NCBI GenBank assembly: GCA_951406725.2
Contig: OX597834.1
Coordinates: 46,562,001-46,626,000, forward strand
Direction of reading: 5' to 3'
DNA length: 64,000 nt
Source of the DNA: Octopus vulgaris
Lineage: Eukaryota
A program made the position numbers and the translations under genes. Of the stretch, positions 12,640 through 25,668 are shown piece by piece. Position 1 is the stretch's first letter. The number at the start of each line of letters is the position of its first letter. The notes beneath the pieces were generated by a model. It saw only the letters and a list, made by a program, of their open reading frames with translations. It was not told the DNA's origin and did no database searches.

Positions 12640-14691
12640 TTAAGAGCTTAGAGAAGTTGTGTTGGAACGACAGAAACAGAATTTTCTTGCGTTCGAAACA
12701 CACCGAGCTTGATCGCCATACATGTTTGTTCGACTGATGTCCCCTAAAAGACTGAAATGTTTTGTTTTGCTATCGTACCTCACGGTTCCTTCAAAAAGAC
12801 CCCCACCTGGATTAGTCTGTATCGTCAGTTGGTAATCTTTGATAATAGTATTCACTTTATTGCCGTACACAACATGGCGGTTGATCACGTAGTTCCTATT
12901 CCGAACGAATCTCAATAGGTTTGTATTGGCTGCCATGATGACAGCGTCTTTGATGCTGACCAATTCTAGTTGATCACATAAGTTACGTAGCTGCGATGTT
13001 TTCTTGTTTATACATTTGACTAAATACTGCGCTCCTTTGGCGACGATACTGTCGGTAATTTTTACAGGTTTGGATTCATGGCATGTACACCAATGTGGTA
13101 AAATTGTCGCCTCCTCACATGTACGATTCAGTGGCACTTTTCGAAACAAACTAATTCGTTTCCTTTGCGTCGACTCAATTTCTTCATTGTGGTCTCTTTT
13201 CATTGCTTTCTTCATATCCAGTATGTCTACCAGTGTTTCGTAAATATCGAACGGTGTGGTTAAGCGATGCGAGTTCGATTTAAGATTATTCCACATGTGT
13301 GGAAAACTCTGTTTAAACCAATGAGGGGGAATAAGGAACATAAACGGAAGTCTTTCTTCCAGTTTACCGAGATATGTTGATCTGTACGAACCAAACCTAA
13401 TTCCATGATCCGAAAAAAATATCACAAAAGTGTTCTTTATGAGGTGATGCTTGAAAAGTTTGTGGAAAAACCTCTGGTATTCTAGATCGCTATAACCTGC
13501 ATTATTCATATCATTATGAGTGAGGGAGGTTATAAATGATAAACTAAAATGTGGTGTGTCGTTATAGGTCCTAACAAAATCATAAGTATATTGTAGCACC
13601 ATGTCTGTTATACTACGGTCTCGAACGCATCTCCGCTTCATCGACCAAACTGAATTATCCCTTCCGATTGCCAGAGTAACTGGTCGAAAATAATGATCTG
13701 TGGGTTGTACCTTAAATCCATATTTGGCGCAATTAAATGTAGCTAAAACAGGCGCATCTTCCGCAAACATTGTCCTAAAACCATTTCTATGGTATTTTTT
13801 CCACAAGAAATCATATTTATCAAAAGGGAGCATGCCTAAAGATTCGTTCCATGGTAAATCTTTAAGATATTTTCCGGTCAGCAATGGTACCAAATTCACC
13901 AACGTATTATCACCAACCTTATTATACCCGTTCATTTCAATGGCGTCCTTCTGTAATAGATACTGTCGTGTTTCCGGTAGCTGTCTCATGAAATTCAACC
14001 GTGATACAGAATCAATACCAAGTAACATGACGTCCATATGAACTTTCGCTCTTGCTGAATACGGATTGGTTTTTAATAATTTAAACACAGAACTGCTGTT
14101 TGTATGGTTCCTCTCTGATGTTTTTTTCTTCTGAATAAAAGCATGGTAATTGGTAAAAATTACTCTGTTACGCTTATTGAAACACTTTACTTTGATGTAA
14201 TCGTGAGGTATTAAGATGTCCGTCTTAAATTCTAAAAACTTCTTTTTGTAAAGGATATGTCTGTCATCAATAGTTCGTACTATAGGCCAAACGTGACAAA
14301 TCTTAAATGTGTTGTTATACCATCTTTTGATAACACTGTGGTTAACACGTAAAGCATTTTCGTCTTGAAACACAAGAGATTTACTTGGACAAGCTTTCCA
14401 TTTGTGTATGTGGAAAAAGGATTTCAGCGAAGATTCAAACGGATCCATATTGGGTATCCGACAAAATTTTGAATCAACAAGAAATGCCGAACGTTTCGAT
14501 TCGTCGTCATCAGACAAGTCTTTTATGTCTGTATCGTGTAAGTTAAACATTGTAAACATTAATGCAAATACGGCAAACAATATCAGGCAGGTAAACAACG
14601 ACCGCTTCGATACGCACTGAATTTTGGTTTTCTCACTTCGATATCTGAAAATGAAGCAACGGATGTTGTTACAATCGTAATTGATTAACAT
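12640..14691 (-). CDS. DUF229-family protein (alkaline phosphatase/sulfatase-like fold), probable type II membrane protein
   Basis: 683-aa uninterrupted ORF with an N-terminal hydrophobic segment ([18 protein letters not shown]). Motifs [68 protein letters not shown]. The true start may be in an upstream exon (acceptor TTTTCAG before 14644). Confidence 0.88.
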   Translation of the reverse strand: MLINYDCNNIRCFIFRYRSEKTKIQCVSKRSLFTCLILFAVFALMFTMFNLHDTDIKDLSDDDESKRSAFLVDSKFCRIPNMDPFESSLKSFFHIHKWKACPSKSLVFQDENALRVNHSVIKRWYNNTFKICHVWPIVRTIDDRHILYKKKFLEFKTDILIPHDYIKVKCFNKRNRVIFTNYHAFIQKKKTSERNHTNSSSVFKLLKTNPYSARAKVHMDVMLLGIDSVSRLNFMRQLPETRQYLLQKDAIEMNGYNKVGDNTLVNLVPLLTGKYLKDLPWNESLGMLPFDKYDFLWKKYHRNGFRTMFAEDAPVLATFNCAKYGFKVQPTDHYFRPVTLAIGRDNSVWSMKRRCVRDRSITDMVLQYTYDFVRTYNDTPHFSLSFITSLTHNDMNNAGYSDLEYQRFFHKLFKHHLIKNTFVIFFSDHGIRFGSYRSTYLGKLEERLPFMFLIPPHWFKQSFPHMWNNLKSNSHRLTTPFDIYETLVDILDMKKAMKRDHNEEIESTQRKRISLFRKVPLNRTCEEATILPHWCTCHESKPVKITDSIVAKGAQYLVKCINKKTSQLRNLCDQLELVSIKDAVIMAANTNLLRFVRNRNYVINRHVVYGNKVNTIIKDYQLTIQTNPGGGLFEGTVRYDSKTKHFSLLGDISRTNMYGDQARCVSNARKFCFCRSNTTSLSS

Positions 14692-15089
14692 GGATGAGAA
14701 ATAAAATGAACAAGGTCGAACATATAAACTACAACTACAGCAATAAACCTAAGGAATAACAATTATAACATTCACACATACAAAACCACCACACACACAC
14801 ACACACACACACACACATTTTTTCTCTCTCCGTTTTTTTTTTCGTTCTCTCTCCAATTTTTTCCTCTCATCCTTTTCTGTCGAAGAGTGTAGGCTCGAAA
14901 CGTCAACACTTTTCCAGTTTTCTCGAGCGTCAAACTAATACACCTGCTCGTTGTGTCCCTCACCTGCCTTCGTTTTTCGTTTTCTATAAAATTGTACTAT
15001 AGATATATACACACACATATATATATATATTTACACATATATATATATACACACATACATACATGCATACATACATATATATATGTATA

Positions 15090-15712
15090 GTATATTTGTC
15101 ACCTAAATGTGGCGGACCCATGGGCGACGATGCTACTGTTGATTATAGCCCCAGGAAGAGATCTCCTCCAGCTGGGTAACGACACACTATCTGTGTCCGA
15201 TTAGTATTTATGAAGTGAAATCGTCGTTCCCATCTCTAGCTTTGCGTGATGCACACAGACCCGGGTTTCTGAGTAGTAACCCAGCATCAGCGTGTGACAA
15301 TCACCAGCCAGCGATTAGAACTCATTCCAAACGCAAAATACTCTCTGCTTTTTCCAGTCACAAACTGTCGCTGATCTCGAAAAAAGAGAAACAAGCAATA
15401 ATAATCTCTGAGCGAGACGTAAACAGTAGCAGCACAGTTTGTCACTGAAAGAAGCAGAGAGTATTTTGAGTTTGGTATCAGTTCTCATCGCTGGCTGCTG
15501 ATTGTTACACGTTGATGACGGGTTTCTACTCAGAAACCCGGATCTGTGTGTATCACGTAAGACTACAGATGGCAACAACGATCTCCCCTCGCAAATACTA
15601 ATCAGACACAGACAGTGTGTCGTTAGCCAGCTGGAGGAGATATCTTCCTGGGGCTATAAACAAAAGTAACATCGCCCCCTATGGGTCCGCCTCATTTAGG
15701 TTGTAAATATAC
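15090..15712. mobile_element. Fold-back element (~280-bp diverged arms), each arm with a type I hammerhead
   Basis: Arms ~15090-15373 and ~15430-15712. Motifs at 15253-15295 (-) and 15507-15549 (+) give the consensus ACACG-CTGATGA-TGGG-TTACTA-CTCA-GAAAC-CCGG-GTC-TGTGT. Each copy carries core mutations. Confidence 0.72.
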
Positions 15713-15761
15713 TTCATGATTCCGTGCTGCTTCTATTTGCGTCTCGCTCAGCTTACTATTG

Positions 15762-15846
<85 letters not shown>

Positions 15847-16000
15847 TAGAATAAAACACCTTTTATCAATTCAAAATGAATAATTAAATTACACCATCTA
15901 GAAAATTACATATAATAGAAAAGTTAAAATTAAAATAACAATTAAAAAGAAAAGATTTAGTAAATTACAAGAATAATATAATGTATGTAATAGGTAGAAA

Positions 16001-16087
16001 AACGACACGTGTTTCGCTGCTATATTTAAGAAATGATTATAGTAGAAGAGAAATCACTTGCATATAAATATAGTCGCTCATCAGGTT
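16001..16087 (-). ncRNA. Type I hammerhead ribozyme motif with long stem II
   Basis: Minus strand: AAC-CTGATGA-GC..CTATATTTA..(long hairpin)..TAAATATAG..GC-GAAAC-ACGT-GTC-GTT. Confidence 0.72.
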
Positions 16088-16163
16088 AAAAATATAATAG
16101 AACAGTAAAATAATTAATTAATAAATATACTTTAATATATACGTATATATACGTATATATACG

Positions 16164-16231
<68 letters not shown>

Positions 16232-16546
16232 AAAATTCTAAATATGCATAATTGAAAAATAAAATAATAATTCAATAATTAAATACTTTAAAATTAAATA
16301 AAAAACACAAAGCTATAACAAGTCATTATATTGTAATCAAAATAAAAAATGTTTCAAATATAGACAAACTCCTTACATAAGCTAACCACATAAAAAGGTG
16401 GTTTTTTTCTAATATTTTATATATATTATATTGTGTGGAATTTGATTTAGTATTTCTAAATTGAATTCTTTTTCCTTGTAAGTTTGGATTTTATTCCCTC
16501 AAATAATAATTATATATATATGTGTGTGTGCGTGTGTGTGCATATT

Positions 16547-16680
<134 letters not shown>

Positions 16681-17643
16681 TTTTGTTGTGTCTGGGGAGA
16701 ATCATTCTCATTTAGTGCCTCATTATTTAACACACTCACCGTGACTTTCTAATTTGTTTGAAATAATGATTCAAAATGGCAAATTTTTGTATAAAATGAT
16801 GATTTATTGGAAAATATTCAACGTTTTTAACATACTAATTGTGGCAAATGACTGTTGCTGGGGCCTTGACAACTGGTGCTGATGTGTTTACATCCCCGTA
16901 ACTTAGCGGTTCGTTGACCCAGCCTGAGTGTAGTCTTATAACTAAAACGAGTGAAAACCAAAACGCTGTTTTTCTGGGTCGTGTTTGTTTATCCAAGACG
17001 TAAAAACATATGAAAAATTTAAAGTGTTCTAAAGTTTGAGAATTTTGTTCTTTCTCATATTTCTTCATCAAATTTCCCGTGTTAATGGGTTTTTCATACA
17101 TTATCATATACAGTTGGGTACAAAAGTGAGTATACAGTTATGAAAAATGAAAACGCGTACAATACTTGTTTATTTTTTATCAAGAACATTCAAAGTTAGC
17201 CTCATTTTTGATATTTTCAATGTCATCGATAATATAATGATTGATTAAGTGCAGGACTGCCCAGTTTAATTTTTTTTCCTCCCTGTTATTAAAAAAAAAA
17301 AAGCCATATTACTCTGAAGAAGTCATGAATGTTAAACATTTGTTTAACTATAAAGTTTATTTGTATATTAAACATAAATTATAATGCTTAATATTACAAG
17401 ATTCGCTTCTGTTTTAAATGTCATCTTCTGTTCATAATTCCATATGTAAACAAATAGCTTTTCTTCACATCCATAAAAATGTAATAAAGCGAAAAAGAAG
17501 TAAATCAATTATTTTAAATCGTATTACATAAGCAAATCACAATTCCTAACTATAGAATTAAGTTTTCAAATTGTGTTAGGCTGCGGTCATGCTGGAGTAT
17601 CACCTTCAAATTATTTAGTCAATAATATAATTTTCCTTATTAA

Positions 17644-18045
17644 GGCGGCGAGCTGGCAGAATCGTTAGCACGCCGGGCGAAATGCTTAGCGGTATTTCGT
17701 CTGCCGTTACGTTCTCAGTTCAAATTCCGCTGAGTTCGACTTTGCCTTTCATCCTTTCGGGGTCGATAAATTAAGTTCCAGTTACGCACTGGGATCGAAG
17801 TAATCGAGTTAATCCATGTGTCTGTCCTTGTTTGTCCTCTCTGTGTTTAGCCCCTTGTGGGTAATAAAGAAATAGGTATTTCGTCTGCCGTTACGTTCAG
17901 AGTTCAAATTCCGCCTAGGTCGACTTTGCCTTTCATCCTTTCGGAGTCGATAGATTAAGTACCAGTTGTGTACTGGGGTTGATATAATCGACTGGCCCCT
18001 CACCACAAAAATTTCGGGCCTTATGTCTAGAGTAGAAAAAGAATA
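17644..18045 (+). mobile_element. Nested/dimeric tRNA-derived SINE (Nin-like core twice)
   Basis: Full head, core and Tx1-like tail ending AAAGAAATA (~17874), then a restart at GGTATTTCGTCTGCC with a second core and a different tail (..CTAGAGTAGAAAAAGAAT). Confidence 0.82.
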
Positions 18046-18525
18046 TCATCTCCATTACTTATTCTTCAAGCCTGTTCCTCATTTTATCGATCTAAGTTGC
18101 AGGACATAAACGTGACATTATTGAGAGCATCAAGAAAAGAAAATATTAACCCAGATAAATTAAAATCATCCATTTGTGTCTACAAGGATCTCTACAGTGA
18201 TGCGAAACACCCATTACTCTCTTTTAATTGAAATGTATTTAAGTTTCTTTTTAATTGCAAGAAAAAGTACACTAGAAATATTGAAGTCTGTAAGTGATAT
18301 AAAGAAACAGCAGTCGAGTAAAACTCAACTCTTCATAGTGGTAAATGTTATTCATTGATTCCCACCAGGAATATCTGTTTTCAAATTCACTCAAGTGAAG
18401 ATTCATGAACATTTTCCTTTGACAGTCTCAACACATTTCCAATTTTCCTTATCGTCTTTTTTAAATGTATCATGTATTATTTACATTATTTACATTTGAT
18501 ATGTGTCCTCATCTTGTTTTTTGTT

Positions 18526-18571
18526 ACTACAACGTTTCGGCTGATATACTCTCCAGCCTTCATCAGGTGTC
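18526..18571 (-). ncRNA. Type I hammerhead ribozyme motif
   Basis: Minus strand: GACAC-CTGATGA-A-GGCTG-(GAGAGTATAT)-CAGCC-GAAAC-GTT. The 3' side of stem I is partly degenerate. Confidence 0.65.
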
Positions 18572-18627
18572 TAGGGGAAAATTTCGAACCTGGGTTCTCA
18601 TTCCTAAGGTATTTTTCGATGTAACTA

Positions 18628-18686
<59 letters not shown>

Positions 18687-18928
18687 GAGTGAGAGAGCAG
18701 TGCATGCCATCAAAGTGACACTAGGGTAAAATATACGAAGCCCAGTATATCCATCATGACTACCCGTCTGATAAGGATGCACAAGGCACATACATCACAA
18801 ACCTATGTGCGCAACATGGTTATCTCATATCAAGATAAACAGCACATGAATTTGCAGGTGGGGTACAGTTACAATTTTATTCAGGTCGAGTAACCCATCC
18901 CGCTCAAAAGCTCCTCGAATAAGGGTTG

Positions 18929-18996
<68 letters not shown>

Positions 18997-19030
18997 CATC
19001 ATCATCATCATCATCATCATCATTATTATT

Positions 19031-20220
19031 ATGTTTTTTCCTTCTTTCTTCAAATTTTCTTCCGTTTCTCGCCGAGTGTTTTCCATACACCTAGGGCAGA
19101 GAAGCTCATTGTATGCATTCCCAGATTACACGCGCAAATTCACAGATAAAATATGTATTTAAAAATTAATAAATAAATAAATTCATGGATGGATGTTATT
19201 TTCACAGCGATAGTGCTCTTCTCAGTACATGAGCCGTTCCAGTTAATACGATTTTTTGCACTTCTTGTAGAGATGGTAAGCCTGGAATCATTTTCAAATA
19301 GGTTTCAGTACCTTTTTTTATCATTCCTAGAGATCCTACAATCACTAGTACTGTAGTCGCCTTGAGATGCCACATTTTTTCAATTTCTACTAGCAAGTCT
19401 TTATATTTACTAATCTTGTCAAATTTTTTCACCGCTATATTGTGATCGCAAGGAATACTCATGTCAATTAATAAACACATCTTTTTTGCCTGATCTTTTA
19501 TAATAATATCCGGTTTATTAGCTTTTATAGTCTTGTCGGTCTGTATGGGAAAGTTCCATAGAATCGACACATTTTCTCCCTCAGTCACAGCTTCAGGATG
19601 GTGTTTATACCATTTGTCAGCGGTTTTGATTTTTTAATGCCGACATATTGTCCAATGTAAATACTGGCCGACGCTGTCATGTCTTGCTTTATATTCTGCA
19701 GGTGCTAAGACTCTACACCCTGAGATTAGGTGGTCTATTGTTTCAATCTCATTGTTACAGAATCGGCATTTTAGGTCAGCTCCATTTTTTATCACATTGG
19801 CTTGGTAGTTCCGGGTTAATAAGCTTTGGTCTTGAGCAGCTAATATGAAACCTTCAATCTCCGCTTTTAGCCATGAGCTTTGTAACCATTGGTGCGTGTG
19901 TTTCTGGTCGATATCAGCTTTTTTGCTACGGGCCACATACTTGCCATGCAGAGGTTTCTGTTCCCATCTGCTAGCTAATTTTTCATGTGCTTTTGTCTTT
20001 GCAATTAATATTATTTCCTTTGCAGCTGCAGTTGGCGCATTTCCTTCAGGCTGATCAGCGAATTTTTTGCTCTCTGAGAATAGAGTGAAGTTTTTTCAGT
20101 CTTTCATGTTTTTCAACAAGTTTTAGCATCCAATCGTTGGTTGCTTCAAGGTATTTGGCCAGTCCGATTGTGGTGGTTTTGTATGTAAGTTCAAGCTGGA
20201 TCAAACCTCGATCTCCGGTG
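19031..20220 (-). mobile_element. 5'-truncated R4/Dong-like LINE with restriction-like endonuclease
   Basis: LHGKY, EGFILAAQDQ, CRFC..ETIDHLISGC (CCHC), RHD, KPDIII..LIDMSIP..KISKY (PD-D/ExK). Contains stops. The 3' end runs into (TAA/TGA)n. Confidence 0.88.
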
Positions 20221-20244
20221 ATAATACAGTCACTTTTTGTATAC

Positions 20245-20292
<48 letters not shown>

Positions 20293-20299
<7 letters not shown>

Positions 20300-20612
20300 T
20301 TAGAGACAAAACCACTATTTTGCAAAACAAACAAGGAAAGACTTAATCAATACATAAAATTTTAATAAATAGTCAAAAAAACCGCCACTACAATTGTTTC
20401 TTGTCTTGATCGACAATCTTCAGGTGGACTTCCAATAAGTCAGTTTCAAATTAATTTGAAACTGACTTATTGGAAGTCCACCTGAAGATTGTCGATCAAG
20501 ACAAGAAACAATTGTAGTGGCGGTTTTTTTGACTATTTATTAAAATTTTATGTATTGATTAAGTCTTTCCTTGTTTGTTTTGCAAAATAGTGGTTTTGTC
20601 TCTAATAATATT
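20293..20612. repeat. Perfect 320-bp palindrome carrying two hammerheads, in (TA)n
   Basis: Axis at 20452/20453 with 160-bp arms. An unpaired extension continues to ~20700. Confidence 0.9.
20478..20520 (+). ncRNA. Canonical type I hammerhead ribozyme (mirror copy at 20385-20427, minus)
   Basis: CCAC-CTGAAGA-TTGTC-GATCAA-GACAA-GAAAC-AATT-GTA-GTGG: all three stems and the core are intact, with a GUA cleavage triplet. Confidence 0.85.
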
Positions 20613-20695
20613 TTATAATATTTTACTATAAAATTGGAATTAATCCTAAATCTGATTTTTTCCCTGTAAATTTGGATTTATTCCCTAATATTTAT

Positions 20696-20757
<62 letters not shown>

Positions 20758-21399
20758 ACAATAACACAAGGTAGACATCGCGAAAAGATTTTATCATCTG
20801 GAACATTTTAGTACCGGTTTCAGTCTTTTTGACATTTTCAACTTAAGCAGGAAAAACAATTAAATTGTGGAAAAATTAAATGAAATGCTTTATAAAAAAT
20901 ATTTCCATGGTTTTCAAATAGGTGGGACATTTTCCTTTTTTCTGTCTCTCTCTCTCTCTCTTTTTCTCTCTCTCTCGCTCTCTCTCGCTCTCTCTCTCTT
21001 ACTTTTGTGAAGGTTTGGTAGGTAGATAGTAGCAGATCTGAAGAAATATTTAATATGAGAGGTGTTGGGTTTGGATTTTGATTGCTTAAGCAGCAGTAGC
21101 CGAGGAAGAAGAAGAAGAAGAAGAAGAAGAAGAAGAAGAAGAAGAAGAAGAAGAAGAAGAAGAAGAAGAAGAAGAAGAAGAAGAAGAAGAAGAACAAGAA
21201 GAACAAGAACAAGAAGAAGAAGAACAAGAAGAAGAACAACAACAACAAGAACCCCACACCATCCTCCAGAACATTCTTCTACTAAAACAGAATGAATCGA
21301 ATCCTACAAACGCACACCATCATAAAGAGCAAAAGACAACCCAAGTCAATGAAAATTTAACACAAGCCCAAGTACACTCGTCGACAACATTGAAACCGT

Positions 21400-21600
21400 C
21401 TGTAAAAAAATGCGGAAGATCAAACTGTTGTAATGCATCAATCTAATAACATTTTACAATGAAAAACAACTTCGGAAAACCTAATATATATGTAAACTTG
21501 CTCAGAGTGTCGAGACAATATATAGGCCAAACCAAAAACAGTCTACGCCAGAGGATGGCCCAACAAAGATCCCAGATTAAAATTCGATATTTGTGCCACT
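21400..21600 (+). pseudogene. GIY-YIG endonuclease remnant (Penelope-like)
   Basis: KCGRSNC..; TSENLIY..TCSEC / QYIGQTKNSLRQRMAQQRSQI, with frameshifts. Confidence 0.65.
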
Positions 21601-22317
21601 AGCGAACACACCAACTTCAGGATTTTTTCCCTATAATCAGCGCATTAGCAAAGGACTTCAGAATTATTTCCTTATAATCAGCGCATTAGCAAAGAAAGAT
21701 ATTTTATCGCAAAAAATATACACCTTTTGAATGCTTCCACTACAGATGACACTACTACAAGGATCTTAGAATAGAACTCACGCAAATATTAAAAACGATA
21801 TATTCAGAACAGCCACTACCCTTGAATTTATTCAGAACGATTCTAATCACTACTATTACAACCAGAACGGGTCACTTGTAGGTCACTTGACTATTCAAGA
21901 AGACTACGAACAATCTACTACTGTCATACTACTCCCGTCTTTTTCTTCTTCTTTCTCTGCTTTTCCTACTCCTTCTTTTTCAAAATATTTACCATATTTT
22001 TAAAAATCATTTTACCATATTTACCATATTTTTAAAATCATTTTCACTTTAAAATATTTTGCCCATCAAAATGTGCCCAATAGAAAGCTTAGAGTTTCTT
22101 CCCTTTCAGGATTAAGTTATTTTCGGAGTATTTTCCATTATGCACCGTTTTGGGTATTTATACCCCCCAAAACCCCGAATATCTCAATAACTACTCGTCC
22201 GATTTACGCGAAACTTGTTTTCTTCCGTTCGTATTCACATTATGTGCCAGTTTGGCTGTGTAACATAGCAAACAAGTAAGCAAGCAAGATTGAACTTCAC
22301 TTTTAATGTATTATATT

Positions 22318-22385
<68 letters not shown>

Positions 22386-22398
22386 CATACATATATAT

Positions 22399-22736
22399 AT
22401 ATTAGATAGAATGAGATAACAAAGCCAAGGCTGTGAGGAGTTTTCAGGACATTTATAAGAAAATAGTCTTACAGATGTTCCTGGGATATTATGGATATCC
22501 CTTCTTCAGAGACGGTGTGAAAAAGTTAAATAGAGGAAATATTTGAGTTCGAATTATTATGGAAAAGGAGACGATAGGGAATATGATAATTCAACCTCAA
22601 ACATTTCATTTATTTAACCTTCTCACACCGTCTCTGGTGAAGGGATATCCATAACATCCCAGAAACAGCTGTAAGTCTATTTATTTATAAATGTCCTGAA
22701 AACTCCTCACAGCCTTGGCTTTTTTATTTCATTCTG

Positions 22737-22743
<7 letters not shown>
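22399..22743. mobile_element. Inverted-repeat element in (TA)n with degenerate hammerheads
   Basis: Arms 22399-22531 and 22612-22743. Consensus TCT-CTGAAGA-AGGGAT..ATCCCA-GAAAC-AGCT-GTA-AG at 22631-22676 (+) and 22467-22512 (-). Confidence 0.72.
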
Positions 22744-22807
<64 letters not shown>

Positions 22808-22937
22808 TGTTAATACAAGACCTACATTAGACCCCTCAATCGTATCATTATCGAACCAAGAGTTTAACGAAGGTCTGTCTATAGCACTTACACTTAGCGT
22901 TACCTGACACCCTTTGGGTCTTCTAGATACCAATACG

Positions 22938-22992
<55 letters not shown>

Positions 22993-22995
22993 TAT

Positions 22996-23669
22996 ATAAT
23001 TAGTAATAATTTTACCAAGTGGTCAGTACGTAAAAAACCTTTTAGGTAAATTATACAAAATATTCTATGATTATACACATAATTATAATCAGGGCTCAGC
23101 TAATTGCCACGCCACGTACTGAATTAGAAATAGATGCTAATGTCTTTTCTACTACCATAAAATCTCCGAGTCAATAACATACTTTCAATGTAGGCAAAAG
23201 AAAAATGATGAATCAACAAAACCGCGGTCAATTACGGACGCGTTTCGAACTTAAAGTAAAGCATAATTACCAATTGGTCTCTTCAGCGTAATATCATGTA
23301 ATAAAATGACGAGTGTTAAATTGAATATGCACGCGATCAAGCGACATCGCGTGACTAATATTTGACTGCACTCATAAAAATGTTCAGCCGAGTATAATTC
23401 ATATTGATCTTTTACCACTATGAAGAGTTGAGTTTTACTCGACTGCTGTGAGAGCGGTCAGCTAAAAGTTTTTTGTGCATTTTGATGTCGACTTAAGTGT
23501 GTGCTTCGACCTATACCGCAGAAAAAATGCACTTTGAAAGTGTGTTATTGTCTCGGTGATTTTATGGCAGTAGAAATGACATTAACGTCTATTTCTAATT
23601 CAGTACGCGGCGAGGAACTTAGCTGAGCCCTGATTATAATTATGTATATAATTATAGAATATTTTGTAT
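22996..23669. mobile_element. Inverted-repeat element with hammerhead at 23231-23292 (-)
   Basis: Arms 23053-23188 and 23534-23669. Minus strand: ATTACG-CTGAAGA-G..C-GAAAC-GC-GTC-CGTAAT. Confidence 0.72.
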
Positions 23670-23674
23670 GCATA

Positions 23675-24328
23675 TCTATATATATATAAAACTGAGAATG
23701 TGTGTCTGTCTGTCTGTGTGTTTCCCTAAAACTTGAGAACTACACAGCCAATTTCATTCAAGTTTTACACATGCCTTACTGAGGGTCTATGTAGTTTCAT
23801 GGGCAAAAATTAAAAAATGTTCAACTTCTTGCCTAGGGCGAGCCTATAGCAATATCATATCTTCTCCACTATTTCAGTATTACGTGTTAAAAGTGAAACA
23901 AAAACATTTCTCTATTTTATGTCAGATACTTTCACTTTATCAATAAAAATAATAATAACAATTGAATTATATGTAGTGAGTAATAATTAAAATCAAACTA
24001 AAGTATAATATAATCGTAACATAACAAAAGTAAAAATAGCAATTGGTATAAAATTGCATCAATGACTTGAACTTGAATAAGTGGTTTCACATGAATGGGA
24101 ATAAATTAAAAATAAAATTAGTGTGCAGAAATGGAATAGTCCTACAATTCCAGTCTATTATATATTTTCAGTATTGTTATCACAAGCGATATCAAGATAT
24201 AACTTTATATTTTGTATTTTATGTGTAGATGTATATATATATAGATGTACATGTAATATGTACACATATATATACACATATATACATGCACTAGCACTAT
24301 GACCCGTCTTTGCCGGGTCATAGTGCTA

Positions 24329-24330
<2 letters not shown>
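23675..24330 (+). mobile_element. Helitron/Helentron-like non-autonomous remnant
   Basis: Starts TCTATATATATATAAAA..(GTCT)n. A hairpin ending CTAGT lies at 24290-24330. The two ends may not belong to one element. Confidence 0.4.
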
Positions 24331-24394
<64 letters not shown>

Positions 24395-24594
24395 GTTTGC
24401 ATGCATCTATGTATATATAATATAGATGTAATAATAAGTATATATAATATTTCTAATTAAAATGCTTGTGCATTATGTTAAATGAATGGAGATTGCCTGC
24501 GAAAAATAGCATGCTGACTCACACTCGCATAATTAGGTCGAACGACCGATAGAGAGAGAGAGGGAGGGAGAGAGAGACTGGGTGAGAGAGAGAA

Positions 24595-24637
<43 letters not shown>

Positions 24638-24847
24638 CACATAGACAGACACACACGCATACGCTGGCAGGCAGATAGAGAAGCAGGAGTATTATTGACT
24701 TATGGAATACCAAAGAGGGTGGGCCAGAGGGAGAGAAGAGTTGATGGATTCGTGGGTAGATCGATCGATATACACGGACTCAGATCGATATACACGGTGG
24801 ATGGTTCTATCGGTGGATAGAAGGATAGACAGATGGATGGATGGATA

Positions 24848-24951
24848 GATGGGTCGAACGATATGTGTAGATGGATGGGTCGAACGATATGTGTAGATGG
24901 ATGGGTCGAACGATATGTGTAGATGGATGGGTCGAACGATATGTGTAGATG
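24848..24951 (+). repeat. 26-bp minisatellite x4
   Basis: GATGGGTCGAACGATATGTGTAGATG repeated four times with no spacers. Confidence 0.92.
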
Positions 24952-25329
24952 GAAGTGTGAACGCATATATATGTATCTGGATAGGTAGATAGATTAATGA
25001 ATGAATCACACACACATACACACTCACAAACACATGCGTATACACAAAAGCACTCAAACACAAACACACACAACCAAACGCATACACACACACAAACATA
25101 AGCACAGTGCACACGCTCGTGCGCGCACGTGTCTTTGTGTCTGTTTGTCCCCCACCACCGCTTGACAACCGGTGTTGGGGTGTTTGTATCTCCATAACTT
25201 AACGATTCGGCAACAGAGGCTGTTAAGATAAGTACTACTTCTTGAAAAATGTGCTGAGGTCGAATTTATTCAGGACAGCGCCCCAGCATGGTCGCAGTAC
25301 TTATTCTTTGTAAGTCTAGAACATATTCT

Positions 25330-25426
25330 ATCGGTCTCTTTTATCGAACCGCTAAGTTACGGGGACGTAAACACACCAGCGCCAGTTGTCAAGCAATGTT
25401 AGAAGATGACAAACACAGACACACAA

Positions 25427-25506
<80 letters not shown>

Positions 25507-25668
25507 GACGGGCTTCTTTCAGTTTCCGTCTACCAAATCCACTCACAAGGCTTTGGTCGGCCCGAGGCTAAAGTAGAAAACACATGCCCAAGGTGCCACG
25601 CAGTAGGACTGAACCCGGAACCATGTGGTTCGTAAGCAAGCTACTTACCACACAGCCACTCCTACGCC
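25330..25668 (-). mobile_element. tRNA-derived SINE with CORE-like domain
   Basis: Reverse complement of GGCGTAGGAGTGGCTGTGTGGTAAGTAGCTTGC..GGGTTCAGTCC..CACCTTGGGCA. Same family as 45883. Confidence 0.8.

Noticed and set aside
20838-21295. Poly-R, poly-F and poly-S ORFs
   Set aside because: (GAA)n microsatellite.
24848-24951. CRISPR-like regular repeat
   Set aside because: Head-to-tail 26-bp units with no unique spacers and no cas genes, in a eukaryotic context.
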